A stretch of 64,000 bases of DNA from NCBI GenBank assembly GCA_040437565.1, contig JBDOQK010000046.1, forward strand, positions 124,001 to 188,000, read 5' to 3'. Shown here one piece after another: positions 49,240 to 62,960 of this stretch (its first letter is position 1; each line of letters begins with the position of its first letter). The translations under genes were made by a program, and so were the position numbers. Source of the stretch: Albugo candida. Lineage: Eukaryota. The notes under the pieces were generated by a model. That model was not told the origin of the DNA. It was given only the letters and a program-made list of their open reading frames with translations, and ran no database searches.

Positions 49240-52200
49240 TCAGACGGAATAGAAAGCGTTGTAGTCGAGACGCGTGCACAAATTGGCGAGATGAGCGTTG
49301 TTCTAGATCACACAGTATCATAAAAGCGTCACTGATGGAGAATTAGAACGTACTTGAATCAGAGATCGTCGTAAAAGCTGCTGCATAAACTCTGCTAAAA
49401 GCGTATCAAATTGATGGCCCAAATCGCTTGTCATTCGCACAAATGGATTCTCTGTATCTCCATCTTTCTCCGTGAGCGCTCGTTTCACGTCACTTGCGAG
49501 CTCTTTGATCCGAGCTCGTCGCATATCGACAGTTGAAGACTCTCTTCTTCGCAACTTTACAGCTCCTTTCGATGTGCCAATTGTGCTGTTCTTTAACGTC
49601 AATCGATACGTTGCGACTAATGCTTCTGCTTCCTCTCGTGCTTTCTTCTCCGCCCGACGATCTCTCTCCGCTTCTCTTTCGGCTTTGATCGTTTCTTCGT
49701 CGAGAAAGTAAGGTCGTGTAAATCGTTCGATACTGTTGGCAAATGTCATACAAACTGTCATCAGTTTTGTGAGCACGCGAAGGAGATCGGGATCCGTCAA
49801 AAGACATTCTTTGAGACAGCTGTCGAGGTATTCTTCATGGAATTGCATGATATCATCGACACTTTTCACCTGCAAGAGATCCTTTTCGAAGGAATGAAAT
49901 CGCTGAGAAACAACTTCCACCATCATATAATACACGAAATTCTGCTGGAAATGGAGCATTTTCTGACGTAAACATAACGAAGGACCCAATGCTGAACGTA
50001 ATCCCAACTCCTTTGTCGATTGATGATTCATCCACGCGTCACACAATCGACGTTCCACATGTTTGCAAAAGAATAAATGACGAAATATCATTTGATACTT
50101 TTGTAACGCGCTGCATGAAATAATAAGTGAATTTGGCCATTGGACTTTGTAATTGAGCGTGAAAGCGTCAATGACTTTGTAGCCCAAAAGAGGAATCGAT
50201 GACGATGAGAATACTGTGAGGGATTCCCGTGGACGCTTTTGGGAGCGTTCGTGAATGGCTTCCAGTTGAGCGATCAGATTATGAGGTGATAGAAAACATA
50301 ATAAATCGTCTTTGTACGTGTCCGAAGAGCAGGTCGATGTTTGTAAGGAGAGTTGCAATAATGATTCCAAACGCGTCATTGAGATCTCTTTGGCGCGTGA
50401 GTTGAGTTCTTCTTCTGCAACATCCATAAAATCCATAAAGAAATCGCCTTGATCCATCATAAAATAGTGCTTTAATGAGCGAAATCGTTGACATAAATCG
50501 TTTTCTTTGAGATAAAAATCCAGTAGAGTTTTGCTTGCAAAATGATGAGCCTGCTCCACTATCTCGTCATACTTTCTATCACTGCTGAAATACGGAATGG
50601 GGCATTGGAATGGAATTGCATCGAGTCTTCGGCACGAGCGTAACACATGTAAATACTTTCCGGCCATTAGGATTTTCTGAGCACAACGTGATAGAAATAA
50701 TGGAATTTGCGTCTCACGCAATGTGTAGCGGGCTTGCCAGTACGTTGAGTATGGATTGCTCAAAAGCTCATCTTTCTTAATTCGATCATCACGACGAACC
50801 ATGAAATCCCCGTACGGATCTTTTATCTCGCCGTAGCATATCCAGCGCTCGACCATCGTCAGATATGGTTTACTGGCTTTTTCCATGAGAAATGAGAACA
50901 TTTGATTCGTTCGAGCGTCGCCGGACAATGATGCTTTGACTCGCTGGATTTCTGTGAGAAGAGCTCCTCCCCCACTGGAAATCGCACACGCGTCTGCCAC
51001 TTTGCAAAGTATCTCCAACGTTTGAATACTCGGTTGGATTTGATACCAGAGATTCTGTAGGGAGAAAGCTTTGTCCGAGAATTTAACGTCGTGTTCGAGC
51101 TGAGCAATCGCAATGATATACTCCTTGAGCAGTATTTTAAGCGCGGCACTGAACGCATGATGTACTTGACCGTATTCGTACCTTGAGAATTTCTCCACAA
51201 AGAAATGCAATTTCAAGTACATTTCACCCATACACACACATCGTAGCGCTAATGTGGCGATAGAAGGATCGACATCCTCTTGATTCAGTGTGAATTTTAA
51301 AGTCGTATCTGTCTCTGGAATTTCTTCAAGCTTTAGGTATTGACCTTCGATTCCGATGAATATGTACAATAAATCATCGATTATCAGTGTTTCCTGTATC
51401 GAAGGTGGAAATGTAGACAGAGTCTGATTCTTTGTATCGTTTTGGTGTTTCGGTGATTTCATAAGAGCTTTCGCAGTAAGGTACTCCCGCTCTCGATTCC
51501 AGCTTGGCTCATACGGAATCTTGGCTTTCGTCACTTCCCAAACTTGTCGTGTGTCATCGATTCCGTCATTTTCGCGATGGAGAGTCACCAGACACGTTTC
51601 TGTCACTGATAGAAACAAATCAGAAGTCAGCATTTTCAGCATGACTCGATTACTGGTCTCTACTATTTCTCCATGTCCCCAATTCAGCGCAACGTCGTCG
51701 ATTGAATAGAGTTCCTGAGGCTGTTTGCTGACAATTTCATGGGATTCTTTGGAATCGGAGCTTTGTAGTTTCCATTTTTCGGCGTTTGTAATGAGAGCAA
51801 TTCGTTTCGCACTTACTTTTTGGCTCACGGAATCGGCTGATAGATAATATCCTTTTAGTGGCCCGTCACCGCAGTATATTGCGACCACATCGGAATAGTG
51901 GACGGGCGTGATTTCTCGTCGTGTTTCCGGATGAACAAATGAAAAGATTTGCGATGTGTTTTCACCAAAGCCGTTGCCGTTTATATCGACTTGTGCGAGT
52001 TTGCTATCGCTTTCATTTCGTATCATACGCAGACATTGGAAATTATTGAATCGGATGTGGATGGGTGCATGGTATAATATCTCGCCTCCGCAACGAGAGA
52101 CTTCGTGTAATGTGCCGAGCGCATTGGCTTTGGCGGTGGAATGAGAAGCGCTGTGACGTGTTGGATAGTGTTCTTGTGACTCTAGTTTAGGATCGACGGT

Positions 52201-52410
52201 ATTGAGGATATTTAATAGTGCGCGATGCGGTGAAAGTGGTTGGGATGCAAGCGTACAAGATTTAGTGGAAATGGAGGAAGTTGGTGGTTCGGCGAATTCT
52301 GATGAGACACTTGGGGAGAGTGTAGAGATTGAGTGCAGCAGAGTTTGGCGCGATGAAGGCGACAATGGATCATCGATCACATGATCACGCTCTTGCATAT
52401 TATTGCGCAT
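49240..52410 (-). CDS. GCP2: Gamma-tubulin complex component 2 (Spc97/GCP2)
   Basis: DDLLYIFIGIEGQY, YGQVHHAF, SLKHYFMMDQGDFF, YQMIFRHLFFCKHVER; last exon LCTRLDYNAFY after an intron. Confidence 0.92.
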
Positions 52411-52494
52411 ACGACCGCTTTTAGTGTTTTGAATCTTATAGTAGGATTCGCCAAGTCATAATAAGGACATTTTCCTCGTTATATATTTATTTTA

Positions 52495-53504
52495 GGGAGT
52501 CGTCGTGTAATTAGCCCCTTTCCTCCATAAATCAATAGCGTTGTGGTCTCTGATTGGTTAAAACAAATATGACATAATAAATGTAGGATATTGATATCCC
52601 GACACTGTTTTTTAAGGGAATCGTTATTCAGCACTCACCTTTTCTGTAATCAGCACTCAGCCTCCATTACTTAATAGATTAGTCGCCTCTGATTGGTTGA
52701 AATAAGTATGACAGAATAAAAAAAGTAAAATTACGGGAATCATTATTCAGCCCCCACCCTCCATAAACTAATGGCAATTGTAGCTTCTGATTGGTCTGAA
52801 TAGATGCAACGGAATAACTAAAAAATATACAAGTCACAATGTTGTCTCCTTCGACTTCAGTTTACCTGTAGGCTTGACGACATCTACAGTGGGCTATCCT
52901 TGCGACCATGCTTTTCGTCATCAAATAATGCCACAGTATGCCAAGGATTTTTATTATCCTTGGTGGCTGGTACAGCCAATGTCAGTTCATATTAAGGCTG
53001 GGACCATGCCAATTAAAATTGGGATAGCATTGAAGAGCATTGCTGATGGGTGTCAGGATGCTTCCAATCATCGTAAGCGAGTGCTCCTAGACTAAATCTA
53101 GGCAGTCCCAGGAAAAAGATTGTGACCCTGTGCAAGCGCGCACGCGTGGTAGACCATCGAGCTCAACGCAGCGACTTGATCGTAGTTTGAGCATGTTACT
53201 GCTGCTTGATGCTCCTGTGCATCAGTAAAGATGTCGGATCTAACAATAGACAGGCCACACAGTGCCAGAATCTGCCGTCAAGAAGCACCAACAGCACCAA
53301 GAACACCTGCATCACTAGATTTACATAAAGACTTCGATTAAGTAGTATAAAATTTGTGGAAACCGAAGATTTTGTCTGACTTTTTTTTGTTTATTCAGTT
53401 GCGTTAATTCAGACCAAACAGAGGCCTCGTTTACCAATTAATCTATTAATTTGTAGAGGGTAGGGGGTCTTTGAAGAAGCGTTGGAGGCTGAGGAACGAT
53501 TCCC
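52495..53504. mobile_element. Non-autonomous Mutator-like element with long TIRs; left end triplicated
   Basis: GGGA(A/G)TC-led ~120-bp units at 52495, 52616, 52735; inverse ...GAACGATTCCC at 53504; GYPCDH...WWL remnant; homologous to 61771-62688. Confidence 0.65.
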
Positions 53505-53615
53505 AAAAAAAGAAAATACTACTGCTATACAATTTTAATAAAATTGCATTGCGCCTATCAAAATAACCAACAAAAGGTCAATTCTGCTGCTTTCATACAG
53601 TACGCACGAGCAAAA

Positions 53616-56600
53616 TGTTAAACCTTGGTGCTGTTACGACAGACACGACACAGGGAAGCGAGCTGAAGCACGGTCTTTAGTTTACAATACAAAAGTGGCA
53701 CATTCATTTATTATAATTCTTCAGCTAAAAACGAAACGCCTCGCTACAATACAACAATGTTATGTAGTCCACGCATTTCCATATGGCTTCGTCATCATTT
53801 CTTCAACATATTCCACAAGTGCTGAGTTCGTCGCTGTCACCGAGTATATCGTCAACATAGACACCAGCCACAATAATCTCTCCCCACGTGTTTTCGGTAC
53901 ACGCACATATCGGTTAGGCAATGTGAAAATCCCAAACTTTCCATCTTCTTATGGAGTAATTCGCTCCACAACCGCCCCGCTTGTTTTAACTCATTCAAGG
54001 CCTTCTTTAGTTCCAATGCGAGCTCACTCACACGACTTGACTCTAACTGAGCAATAACACCATTTTTATCAATATCCATTCCCTTTGAAATATGCAAGTA
54101 AATGCTCAAATCCGATTCTTTCTCGGCCTTAACGTATGCATTTGAAATTTCGCCGTGTTTGGCTGGCACACGCCACTTTCAAGAGAGTGCCAATATTAGC
54201 TTGACGCTTGACATGTCTATGACCGCCTCAGAAGTAATGATGTACTCCTGACCAAACACTTGCTCATTTCCACAGGCCACCAACCGGGCCTTAAATCGCT
54301 GGAAATCACCGTTCGCGTCTATTTTTTGTTTTGTAAAACCACTTTGTATGCANNNNNNNNNNNNNNNNNNNNNNNNNNNNNNNNNNNNNNNNNNNNNNNN
54401 NNNNNNNNNNNNNNNNNNNNNNNNNNNNNNNNNNNNNNNNNNNNNNNNNNNNTTGTTTTAACTCATTCAAGGCCTTCTTTAGTTCCAATGCGAGCTCACT
54501 CACACGACTTGACTCTAACTGAGCAATAACACCATTTTTATCAATATCCATTCCCTTTGAAATATGCAAGTAAATGCTCAAATCCGATTCTTTCTCGGCC
54601 TTAACGTATGCATTTGAAATTTCGCCGTGTTTGGCTGGCACACGCCACTTTCAAGAGAGTGCCAATATTAGCTTGACGCTTGACATGTCTATGACCGCCT
54701 CAGAAGTAATGATGTACTCCTGACCAAACACTTGCTCATTTCCACAGGCCACCAACCGGGCCTTAAATCGCTGGAAATCACCGTTCGCGTCTATTTTTTG
54801 TTTTGTAAAACCACTTTGTATGCAGCATTTTTGCACCGTCCGGTAAACGAGCTACATTCCAGACGCTTTTTTGTTCCAGTGCACTAAGCTCTTCCCGTAT
54901 CGCCACCTTCTACTGTTCCTTTTGAGTACTTCACATCGCTTGACCAAAGTTTTGTGGATCTGTATCCCGCATGAGGTTGGCAACACCTGCTCCGATATCT
55001 TCACTCAATATCTTCGTACTCTGCACATTTTCTTTAGTTGAATTTGAGCGCGTTACCTGCTTTTCTCTTGTCCAGCTCGCATTGTTTTTCTTGGCGTTGG
55101 ATGTCTCATCTTTCTCATCGGTTGCTTCATTCTTCTTGTCTTGCACTATGTCCTGATTTATCTGATTGTCCTGCTGTTTGTTGCCAAGAGTCTCGATGTT
55201 TTCACGAGTTGCGTGGTGATCACTACGCGTTCTTTCGGCAATCGAACGCGGTATCCATTAGTCGTATCTCCAATGCCATAAATTGCACCACGCTGGCCCC
55301 GTTGCGCAATGGGTTTCTTTCGTGGGTCACAAAAAACTGTGCAAGGGGGTCCAAAAGTAACAATCTCGCCGAGTGTAGGTGTGGCATTCGTCAGAAACTG
55401 TAATGGTGAAACTCTGCCAGGGTTCGCATTTGTGGGTGAGCCGTTTATGATGTATGCCGCATATTGAACTGCGTCTCTTCAAAGTTAAAACGGCAATCCA
55501 CACTCAAAAATCATGCACATGGCCATATTCAGAATGGTTTGATGCATTCTCTCAGAATTTTTGTTGCTTGCTGATTCTTCGCCTCACTGCGTTGCCTGGC
55601 CACACCGGTTTTCTTGCAGAACAAATGAGCGTTCTCATATTCTCCACCCGAATCGGTTCGTAAAACATGAATTTTGCAATCGAATCGTTTATCAAAATAA
55701 ACCAGAAAAGTCTCAATTTTTTTTGCAGCAGCATCTTTTGTCTTGGCCAAAAAACCTGGACGTAAATACGTTTGTAATCCACAAAATTTACCATGTACCG
55801 GTTTTCAAGTCGATCTCTCGGTTTAAGTGGGCCCTTTATGTCAGAGCAAACAACTCCACACCAATGCGTTCAATTGGAGAGTGCTCACCCGAACCAAACT
55901 TGGCCTAACGATTCAGCTCTGCTTTCCTTGAGTACAGGTCAGACAGTTTCCACGACTGTGATCCGTAAGCATGATTCCAGACGCAGAGTCTTTGGCTAAT
56001 CGTTCGACAGCACCGTAATTAGGTGTCCCAATCTTCTGTGAAACTTCATCAGTGATTCCTTTGAACTGCACTTGTAAAATCATTTGGATATTCGAAATGT
56101 CCCTCAACGATCGCCTGAATGACGTCACGAACATGGGAAAGTATTCGGTGAATTTTGGCCTTCACAACGAGTACATTTATCATCAGATCGACATCAAAAG
56201 CAACATGTTTGCCATCAGTGATTGCGAGGACACGTCTTCCAGAATGTCTCGTTGACGAGTATTCTTTTTCGTCCAAAATTCCATACGAGATAGGATTGTG
56301 CGTTAAGCCTTTGGCGTACTAAGCGTTCGTGAGCTTCAGTATCTTTTGTTCTCCCAACGCCATAACAGCCAGCACCACAGATCCTCTTTTGCTGATGGAT
56401 AAAGGCTTTCCATCTAGCTGAATGCAAGTGCCGTCGGCATTTTCCAAGTCGTCTACCCATGTTTTTATCTCCAAAAAGGTGACGACTAGAACCACTGTCC
56501 AAAATCCAGATTTGCTCATCACAGCTCAGTCCGTCCGGAATAGCCAGAGTGAGGTCCGCTTCATCCTTTTCTTGTTGATACGCTTTTGGACATTTAGCCC

Positions 56601-58001
56601 TCAAATGACCAATTTCTAAGCATGTATGACATCGTCTCGTATCTTGAAACCGACGGTCTTGAATTGTGCTAACCCCCCCTTCCAATTCGTTTATTCACTG
56701 CACCTGACCCCACGCCTGAGCAAAGTGTGTCAGCTCTTCCGCTTGCTTATGGTAGTCCGTCCTGCGATCATCCACTGTCGCCATTGAAACGATTCGCATC
56801 TATTGAGAATCATATTGAACGATATTGTTTAAAACGAGGTAGTCCGACCCGCCACCCGGTGCCTCATCCACTGCGCGCAAATACATTAGGTGGTCTATCC
56901 ATGACCTTCTCGCATCTTTAGGACGAGTAAAGAAGTCCATTGCTTGAGCCGGCGTAATGGTGCTGTAAGAGCTTGTAACATCTTTTCCATGGCATATTGA
57001 AGTGTCGGTACTTGGCTCCACCAGACTTCAATTAGTTTCTTGAAATATCTTTCGGCTATATCTTCAAGGCGATGGCCAAATAGATCAATCTTGACATCTT
57101 CAGGCCACGAAAACCCACACGTATATTGAGCCATAACAATTTGCCTCTCAAAAATTCTCCCTCATTCTAAAGAGCCAGACCCCAGACCTTAATACAACTC
57201 CTTTCCGTCGAATGGTTTAATATTCAACTCTTTTTGTCGCGCATCAGGATATCTGAACGCAGCTGCACCACCGTTGCTTTGGTTCCCCCAAATGTCCGGC
57301 ACTCCATTAACTCCATCGACATTGAATCTTTGGCGATCGTAGTCGCGTACACCAATTTCAGGCTGATGCTCGTTAACAGACTGTGGATGTACATATCGAT
57401 GTATTTTTTTCTCCATTTTTACCTTTCGGGAATGTCTGTTACTGAATCAAGGTGCATCCGCGGACCGCGACCCACTGCCGATTCAAACAAATTCGGATTT
57501 CTATCCGGGCTCATAGATTGTTATTCTGATATTATCGTTGCCCTCCAATCCATTACCACATCATTTCGGAGCTCAGACTGTGATTCTTATAGACGATCCA
57601 AACGACCAACCAGCGCACGCATGAGCTGCAACAATATATCGTCTTTGTCGTCTTTATCCCCTCTATTCCTCTCCTTAATTGTGTACGCCAACACCCGCCG
57701 CCGTGCTTTTCTCTTCTAGTACATCTACTACCCTGGCTCTCTCGTGGCCAGGAGGAGTCACTGGTGACGAGACATTATTCTCGTCAAGCTCATAGCCATG
57801 AACAAAGTCCACCATTGCGCTCATAACCTGTTAAACCTGGTGCTGTTACGACAGACACGACACAGGGAAGCGAGATAGAACACGGGTCTTTAGTTTTCAA
57901 TAGAGAAGCGGGTATATGGAAACGCCTCGCTACAATACAACAATGTTATGTAGTCCACGCATTTCCATTTATCATTTCTTCAACATGTTCCACTTTCAAC
58001 G
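53616..58001 (-). mobile_element. Degenerate Ty1/Copia element with two LTRs, 5-bp TSD and internal deletion
   Basis: LTRs 53616-~53815 and 57829-58001; TSD CAAAA; PBS GGTTATGAGC; CHTCLEIGH knuckle, WILDSG, LRTDSGGEY, FKARLVACG, VYVDD. Confidence 0.93.
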
Positions 58002-58356
58002 CAAAATGTATTCTTAGTTTGCTGATTTTCCTTCCAAGTGATTCGGTTACTGATTAGATGTCATCTCCTGTCACTTGCTGAAGCCCAACAGGACGCTCAA
58101 TTTGGGCTCGGCGCGCGTCAAAAGAAAGACTCAAGAAGCTACTTCCGATACACGATTTTAGAATAAGCGATGGTGCTTGACGCATCCAATCATATCCATT
58201 TGTACCTGATTTATCTATATGCGTAAAGAACACTTCTGTGTGCTGAATGAGACATTATACACAGCGAGCCTGTCTGGCCTTTACGCATTCATACTGAATC
58301 AGCGCGATACTGTTATAAGTTGGCCAGTTTTGTGAGGCGATTTTCAATTGAGATTG

Positions 58357-58845
58357 TGTAACGGGGTTACACGTCGGTTAGTAACCGTTATGCAGTGTGG
58401 TACACATTTGGGACGCTTTGGGTTATTCGCTTTAGGAGCTGACGCGTGTCAGCCACCGGATTTGGTACCTAGGTTAGGTACGTTTAGCGTAAGGTACTCT
58501 TCGAGATAAAAATAAATAAAGAACAGTTCCCCTTTAGATCAGTTAGAGACACGTGCCTGCTTCAGGCGTCTCAGATCTTGTGCACTTTGTGCTATGTTGT
58601 CGATTCCCGGAATCATTAGGTCCCTTGAACAAGAACCTTAAGCTTTAAAGCTTGTTGACTCGTTGAGTCTAGTTTTTTTAAAGAACTAAGTTGCTCGTTG
58701 AGCAGATAGCCTTCCTTTGGTAAGGAGCTAGAGTAGCTCCGCTATAGATTGCGGTAAGCAGCTATATTGAGATGCCACAGTCTTCGCATCCAATGAGGGA
58801 CAATGATAAGTAGGAGGTCAAATGCCCACAGGAACGATATTTACA
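58357..58845. repeat. Possible solo Gypsy-type LTR
   Basis: TGTAACGGGG...TTACA termini; no TSD found. Confidence 0.4.
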
Positions 58846-58973
58846 GTAAACTCACTGATCGCAATTCGGTCGTCCAGTTGTGTGGAAGATGCCAAAAGGA
58901 AGCTTCGGTGTTCAGAACAGAACTCAAGGGGTATCTCTAGAATCCCCCATTCTGCGACTTTTAAACGCTATGC

Positions 58974-60554
58974 TTAGTTAAGCTTGGAACTAATATGAGG
59001 TGTCTCAACTAAGAGGGACGTCTTTGAAATGATGTGAATGCTTGGTCTTTGTCTATCAGTCATAAAAGGATCCAGCATGTAATTGGAACAAATGTGTCTC
59101 TTTACTGAACGATGAAATGATAAAAAGCAATTGCGAGGTCTCTCGGTCATATACTGCGCCTTTGATGGTATCCTATATATTTCATGTTCATCATGTGACC
59201 ACGGAGAAATGACTTGCAGGAAGACGGCTCCAGTCCTTTCACGTATCCGCATCGTTCTTTGCACTGGAAAAATTGTTCAGCAGGATCAGTCAGTATCGTT
59301 GCATCATTCTAGATGAAATGATAACCAAGCGAGCTCCCACGGTACCTTACAGCATACAACTGAAACGATTTACAAGCCGGTTCTTCAATGACGAAGTTTT
59401 GATACATACGTGTGAGTGTGGTCTCAGTATTCTCAGCGTGTCGGTCGATAAAAAATTATCCACTGGGAAGCTGTCTCTATCACGAATCCTTGCCATTCTT
59501 TTATAAGCAATATGAAGTAAGATCTTTTTGATGTCGTTCAAGCTCTTGAGCTGATGACGGGAAGATGCTAAGCCATGTATATCTTTCCAATTGGTAAAAT
59601 ACGCATTTTGGTTTTCGAACAATTGGTGATGCATGGGGAAAATATCAATCATTCTGTCACAATCCCTTGGCTTCGATCATAATCAAGCAGAATGACCGTT
59701 TACAATTAGGAACTATATCAGTGGTTTTGTAATTGCTACGAAAGATGCAAAGCTCAGCCGATGATTGCTTTGTTTTGTAGTGAAAGAAATATGTTTGAAT
59801 AGCTAACGCTACACTATGCATAGCCAAGCATTCACGACAAACATCATCTTCTATGTAATAAGCGATGACCATACATTGTAGTACTGGACGAACTTCATGC
59901 TGTTTTATTGTGCTAGAGATCATTGCAGCTGGGAGGGGAATCAAGGAGATTTCTGGGTGTTGTGGTAATACTACATCTTTTGAGAAAAAAGCTGGTATTC
60001 TGAAAACTTGTCGCTGTTTAAGTAATGATATCTCGTATTTTCATTGTCCCGGATCTGTACCTCGCTCAACTGCCGGAGTCTCCATCGTGGCGGATATTAT
60101 AGATGCTGCGAGTAGATGCATACTATTTTCCAACTTATTGACTTTATCTGCCAAGAGGAACTGCTGGGGCTCGCTTATAGTTCCGGAATCGGGGGTGAAT
60201 GATGTAGTCAATCACGCTGAAAATATGCAACAATCATACGAATTGCTATGTGAAGCAAATGCTCGCATGACATCCGAATGATCTTTTACCCAATAGTCTG
60301 GATTCACTAGTGGCTTGAATCAAATAAATTCTTGTGATCCCGACGAGCCAAATGAGGCACTTATGACAATGTGATGTATATTTTGGTTCTGAAATAGTCA
60401 ACTTAAAAATTCCTGATAATGTCGGTACATTTTTGATCTGTACGTTCTCGCTCGTGGCCATCAACGCAGTGAGAAGCAGGACGCATACGGTACTTGACGC
60501 TGTATGATGGAGGGTAAATGACAGGCTGATAGTACCTGTTCTAGTTGTATGCAT
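58974..60554 (-). pseudogene. CHxC/CCG-class effector gene, apparently disrupted
   Basis: Hydrophobic VCVLLLTALMATS, then CHKCLIWLVG (60339-60368); stop at 60246; downstream fragment has CRECL; 3' end approximate. Confidence 0.7.
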
Positions 60555-60697
60555 GATTGTATACAGGGAATCATTATTCATCCTCCGCAAAGGGAATTCC
60601 TAACCTCACCCTCGCTTTTTCCTAAACTCACCCCATCCATTTTTTAGCCAATCATATTACATCATTTTAGTACATCATATTTGATATTTTTAGCCAG

Positions 60698-60885
60698 CCG
60701 GATCTACTGAATTTACAGCAACGGTAAGTTTAAGATCTCCACTGGTGGAAGATCACCATCTCGTGAAGAGTCGTAGGCAGTGAAAGGTCGTAGAGAGACA
60801 TAAGATAGTTGCTAAGGAGTTTTCAATATACCTTCGAAACTATAGGTCTTTGTGTGCGACCTATGTGCGGTTTCCAATAGTGATA
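60698..60885 (+). repeat. Truncated solo copy of the Copia LTR at 355-561
   Basis: ccggatctactga...agtcgtaggcagtgaaaggtcg...aatagtgata shared with 364-550. Confidence 0.85.
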
Positions 60886-60889
60886 GAAG

Positions 60890-61640
60890 TTGTTAGAAGG
60901 GATGGGATGCATGCAACATTACAAAATACATCAATAAGAGCTTCAGTGGATTTGCTGTCGATTTACAATGGGATCAGGCTTTCTTGTGCAAATCATAAAA
61001 AAACTCAGAATACCAATGCAATAGAATCCATCTGCGTAGACACAATAATATTTGGAAATCTAATGTGGCATGAATTTCGACGAGAGATATCAAAGCATGC
61101 ATTGATCATAGCCTGCAAATAGTGTCAATTAGCCCGCAACAACAATAGCGAATTACCAAGGACCACTTTCGCCGTCGTACATCAGCAGACCCTGGGCATA
61201 CCATGTGAACATAAATTCAATCAGCAAATTCAACACAACACGCCACTTGCAAAAGAAGACGTTGGCTCACACTGGTGGCTCAAGCAGGAAACCCCCATCA
61301 ACCTATCATTGCCAATCTACAACTTTAATCGAAAAGACAGGAAAGTGTTGACTTGCTAACTTTGAAGCTATCTCATCGGCAATATCACATTTACAATTCA
61401 ATTCGCGAACAATTAAACACAAACAAAACAATCCAAGATCCTCCGACAATCAGGGGAAGAGGCAGGCCATCAGGTTCACGCAATCATTCAGCACAAAGAG
61501 ATACTTCAGCTTTGGATATGTCTGGCAAGAAAATCAAACTCGAATTTCTAATCAACAAACCCGACGCCTTCTCAGAGTACGTATTTGTCAAGCAACAGGA
61601 CCTAATGCCAGGAGTTGCAGGCTGTGTCCTGCATCAAGTT
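60890..61640 (+). mobile_element. Mutator-like transposase C-terminal remnant
   Basis: TLGIPCEH...EDVGSHWWL, then IQDPPTIRGRGRP. Confidence 0.65.
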
Positions 61641-61770
61641 CCACTTTTCATCAGATCAGTCAAGAATGATTGGCTAAAAAATTCCCATCCACAAATTGAA
61701 TAGATTACTTGGAACTCGTGGCCTCTGATTGGTCTGAATGAATGCAAGGCAACAAACACAATATAATCAC

Positions 61771-62688
61771 GGGAATCGGTATTCAGCCTCAAACCTCCAT
61801 CACTTGATGGATTAATTGGAAATCGTGATCTCCGAATGGTCTGAACTAAAAATGCAAAGCAGCGGGCTATTGTCAAAGTGTAGCTGCTGCCAAGTTCTGA
61901 GAGGCGACGAGAAAGGTTTCAGCAGCAGGTATACGCACAGCTCATTGGCAGTACCAGTAGCAGCGTAGTGATGACCGGTATTTGTCAAAGTTTGTAGACA
62001 GTGATGAAGTGCAAGGAATTGCGACGCAGTGCCATTAACTGCAACTAACTTCAACTTCAGTTTACTTAAAGGATTCTTGACATTCACAATGGGCTATACT
62101 TGCACCCATGCTTTTCGTCATCAACTCATACCACAGCTGTTAATGATTTTGATCAGCATTGATGGCTGGTACAGACAACGTCAATTTATATTGAAGCTGG
62201 GACCATGCCAATTGAAATAGCATTGAAAAGCATTTGCTGATGGGTGTCAGGATGCTTCCAATCATCGTAAGCGAGTGCTGCTAGCTATGTCTTGGCAGTA
62301 CCAGAAATGAGAAATTCGTGATCCTGTGGAAGTGCACACGCTTGGTACGCCATCGTTCAACGTAGCGACTTGATCGAAGTTTGAGCATGTTACTGCTGCT
62401 TTGGATGCTCCTGTGCATTACTGAAGATGTCGGATCTGACAATAGACAGGCCACAGTGCCAAAATCTGCCGTCAAGAAGCAACAGCACCACCACCAACAG
62501 CACCAACAATACCCGCGGCACTAGATTAGCTATAGACTTAGATTAGGTAGTACAAAATTTGTAGAAACCGAAGTTTTTTTTGCGTGATTTTATTGTATCT
62601 ATTGAGACCAATCAGAGGCCACAATTGTCATTAATTTATAGGGGCTGGGGGCTGATTACAGAAAAGGTGGGGGCCGAATAACGGTTCC
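61771..62688. mobile_element. Second non-autonomous Mutator-like element
   Basis: GGGAATCGGTATTCAGCC...GGCCGAATAACGGTTCC termini; 62048-62580 collinear with 52848-53375. Confidence 0.7.
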
Positions 62689-62695
62689 TTATTTT

Positions 62696-62960
62696 ATAGT
62701 CACAAGCTTGTCGCGTGTTTTCACTTCTTTTTGCCGCTGTTGATACAGCTCGTTGTGCTCAACACGCAGCACCATGCAATCGTATGATGTAGGATGCGCA
62801 AAACACATCTATCGCTATTCGCGACTCATCAGGAGAAGTGATCTTACGACGTTGTCATCATGTGACTTTACCTTCCATATTTACTTGAGCCAAATTGAGT
62901 GCCATTAGTGACTAGCATCTTCTATTTGCCCGGAAGACAACTGTCTACATCGACTTCGTA
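62696..62960 (+). pseudogene. Possible highly decayed CHxC/CCG gene 5' end
   Basis: Signal-like HKLVACFHFFLPLLIQLVVL; in another frame ECH**LASSIC at 62897-62929. Confidence 0.35.

Noticed and set aside
52495-52830. CRISPR-like spacing
   Set aside because: Eukaryotic context, whole units are homologous with no unique spacers, and no cas genes
53982-54823. Duplicated RT segment
   Set aside because: Gap-flanking overlap artefact
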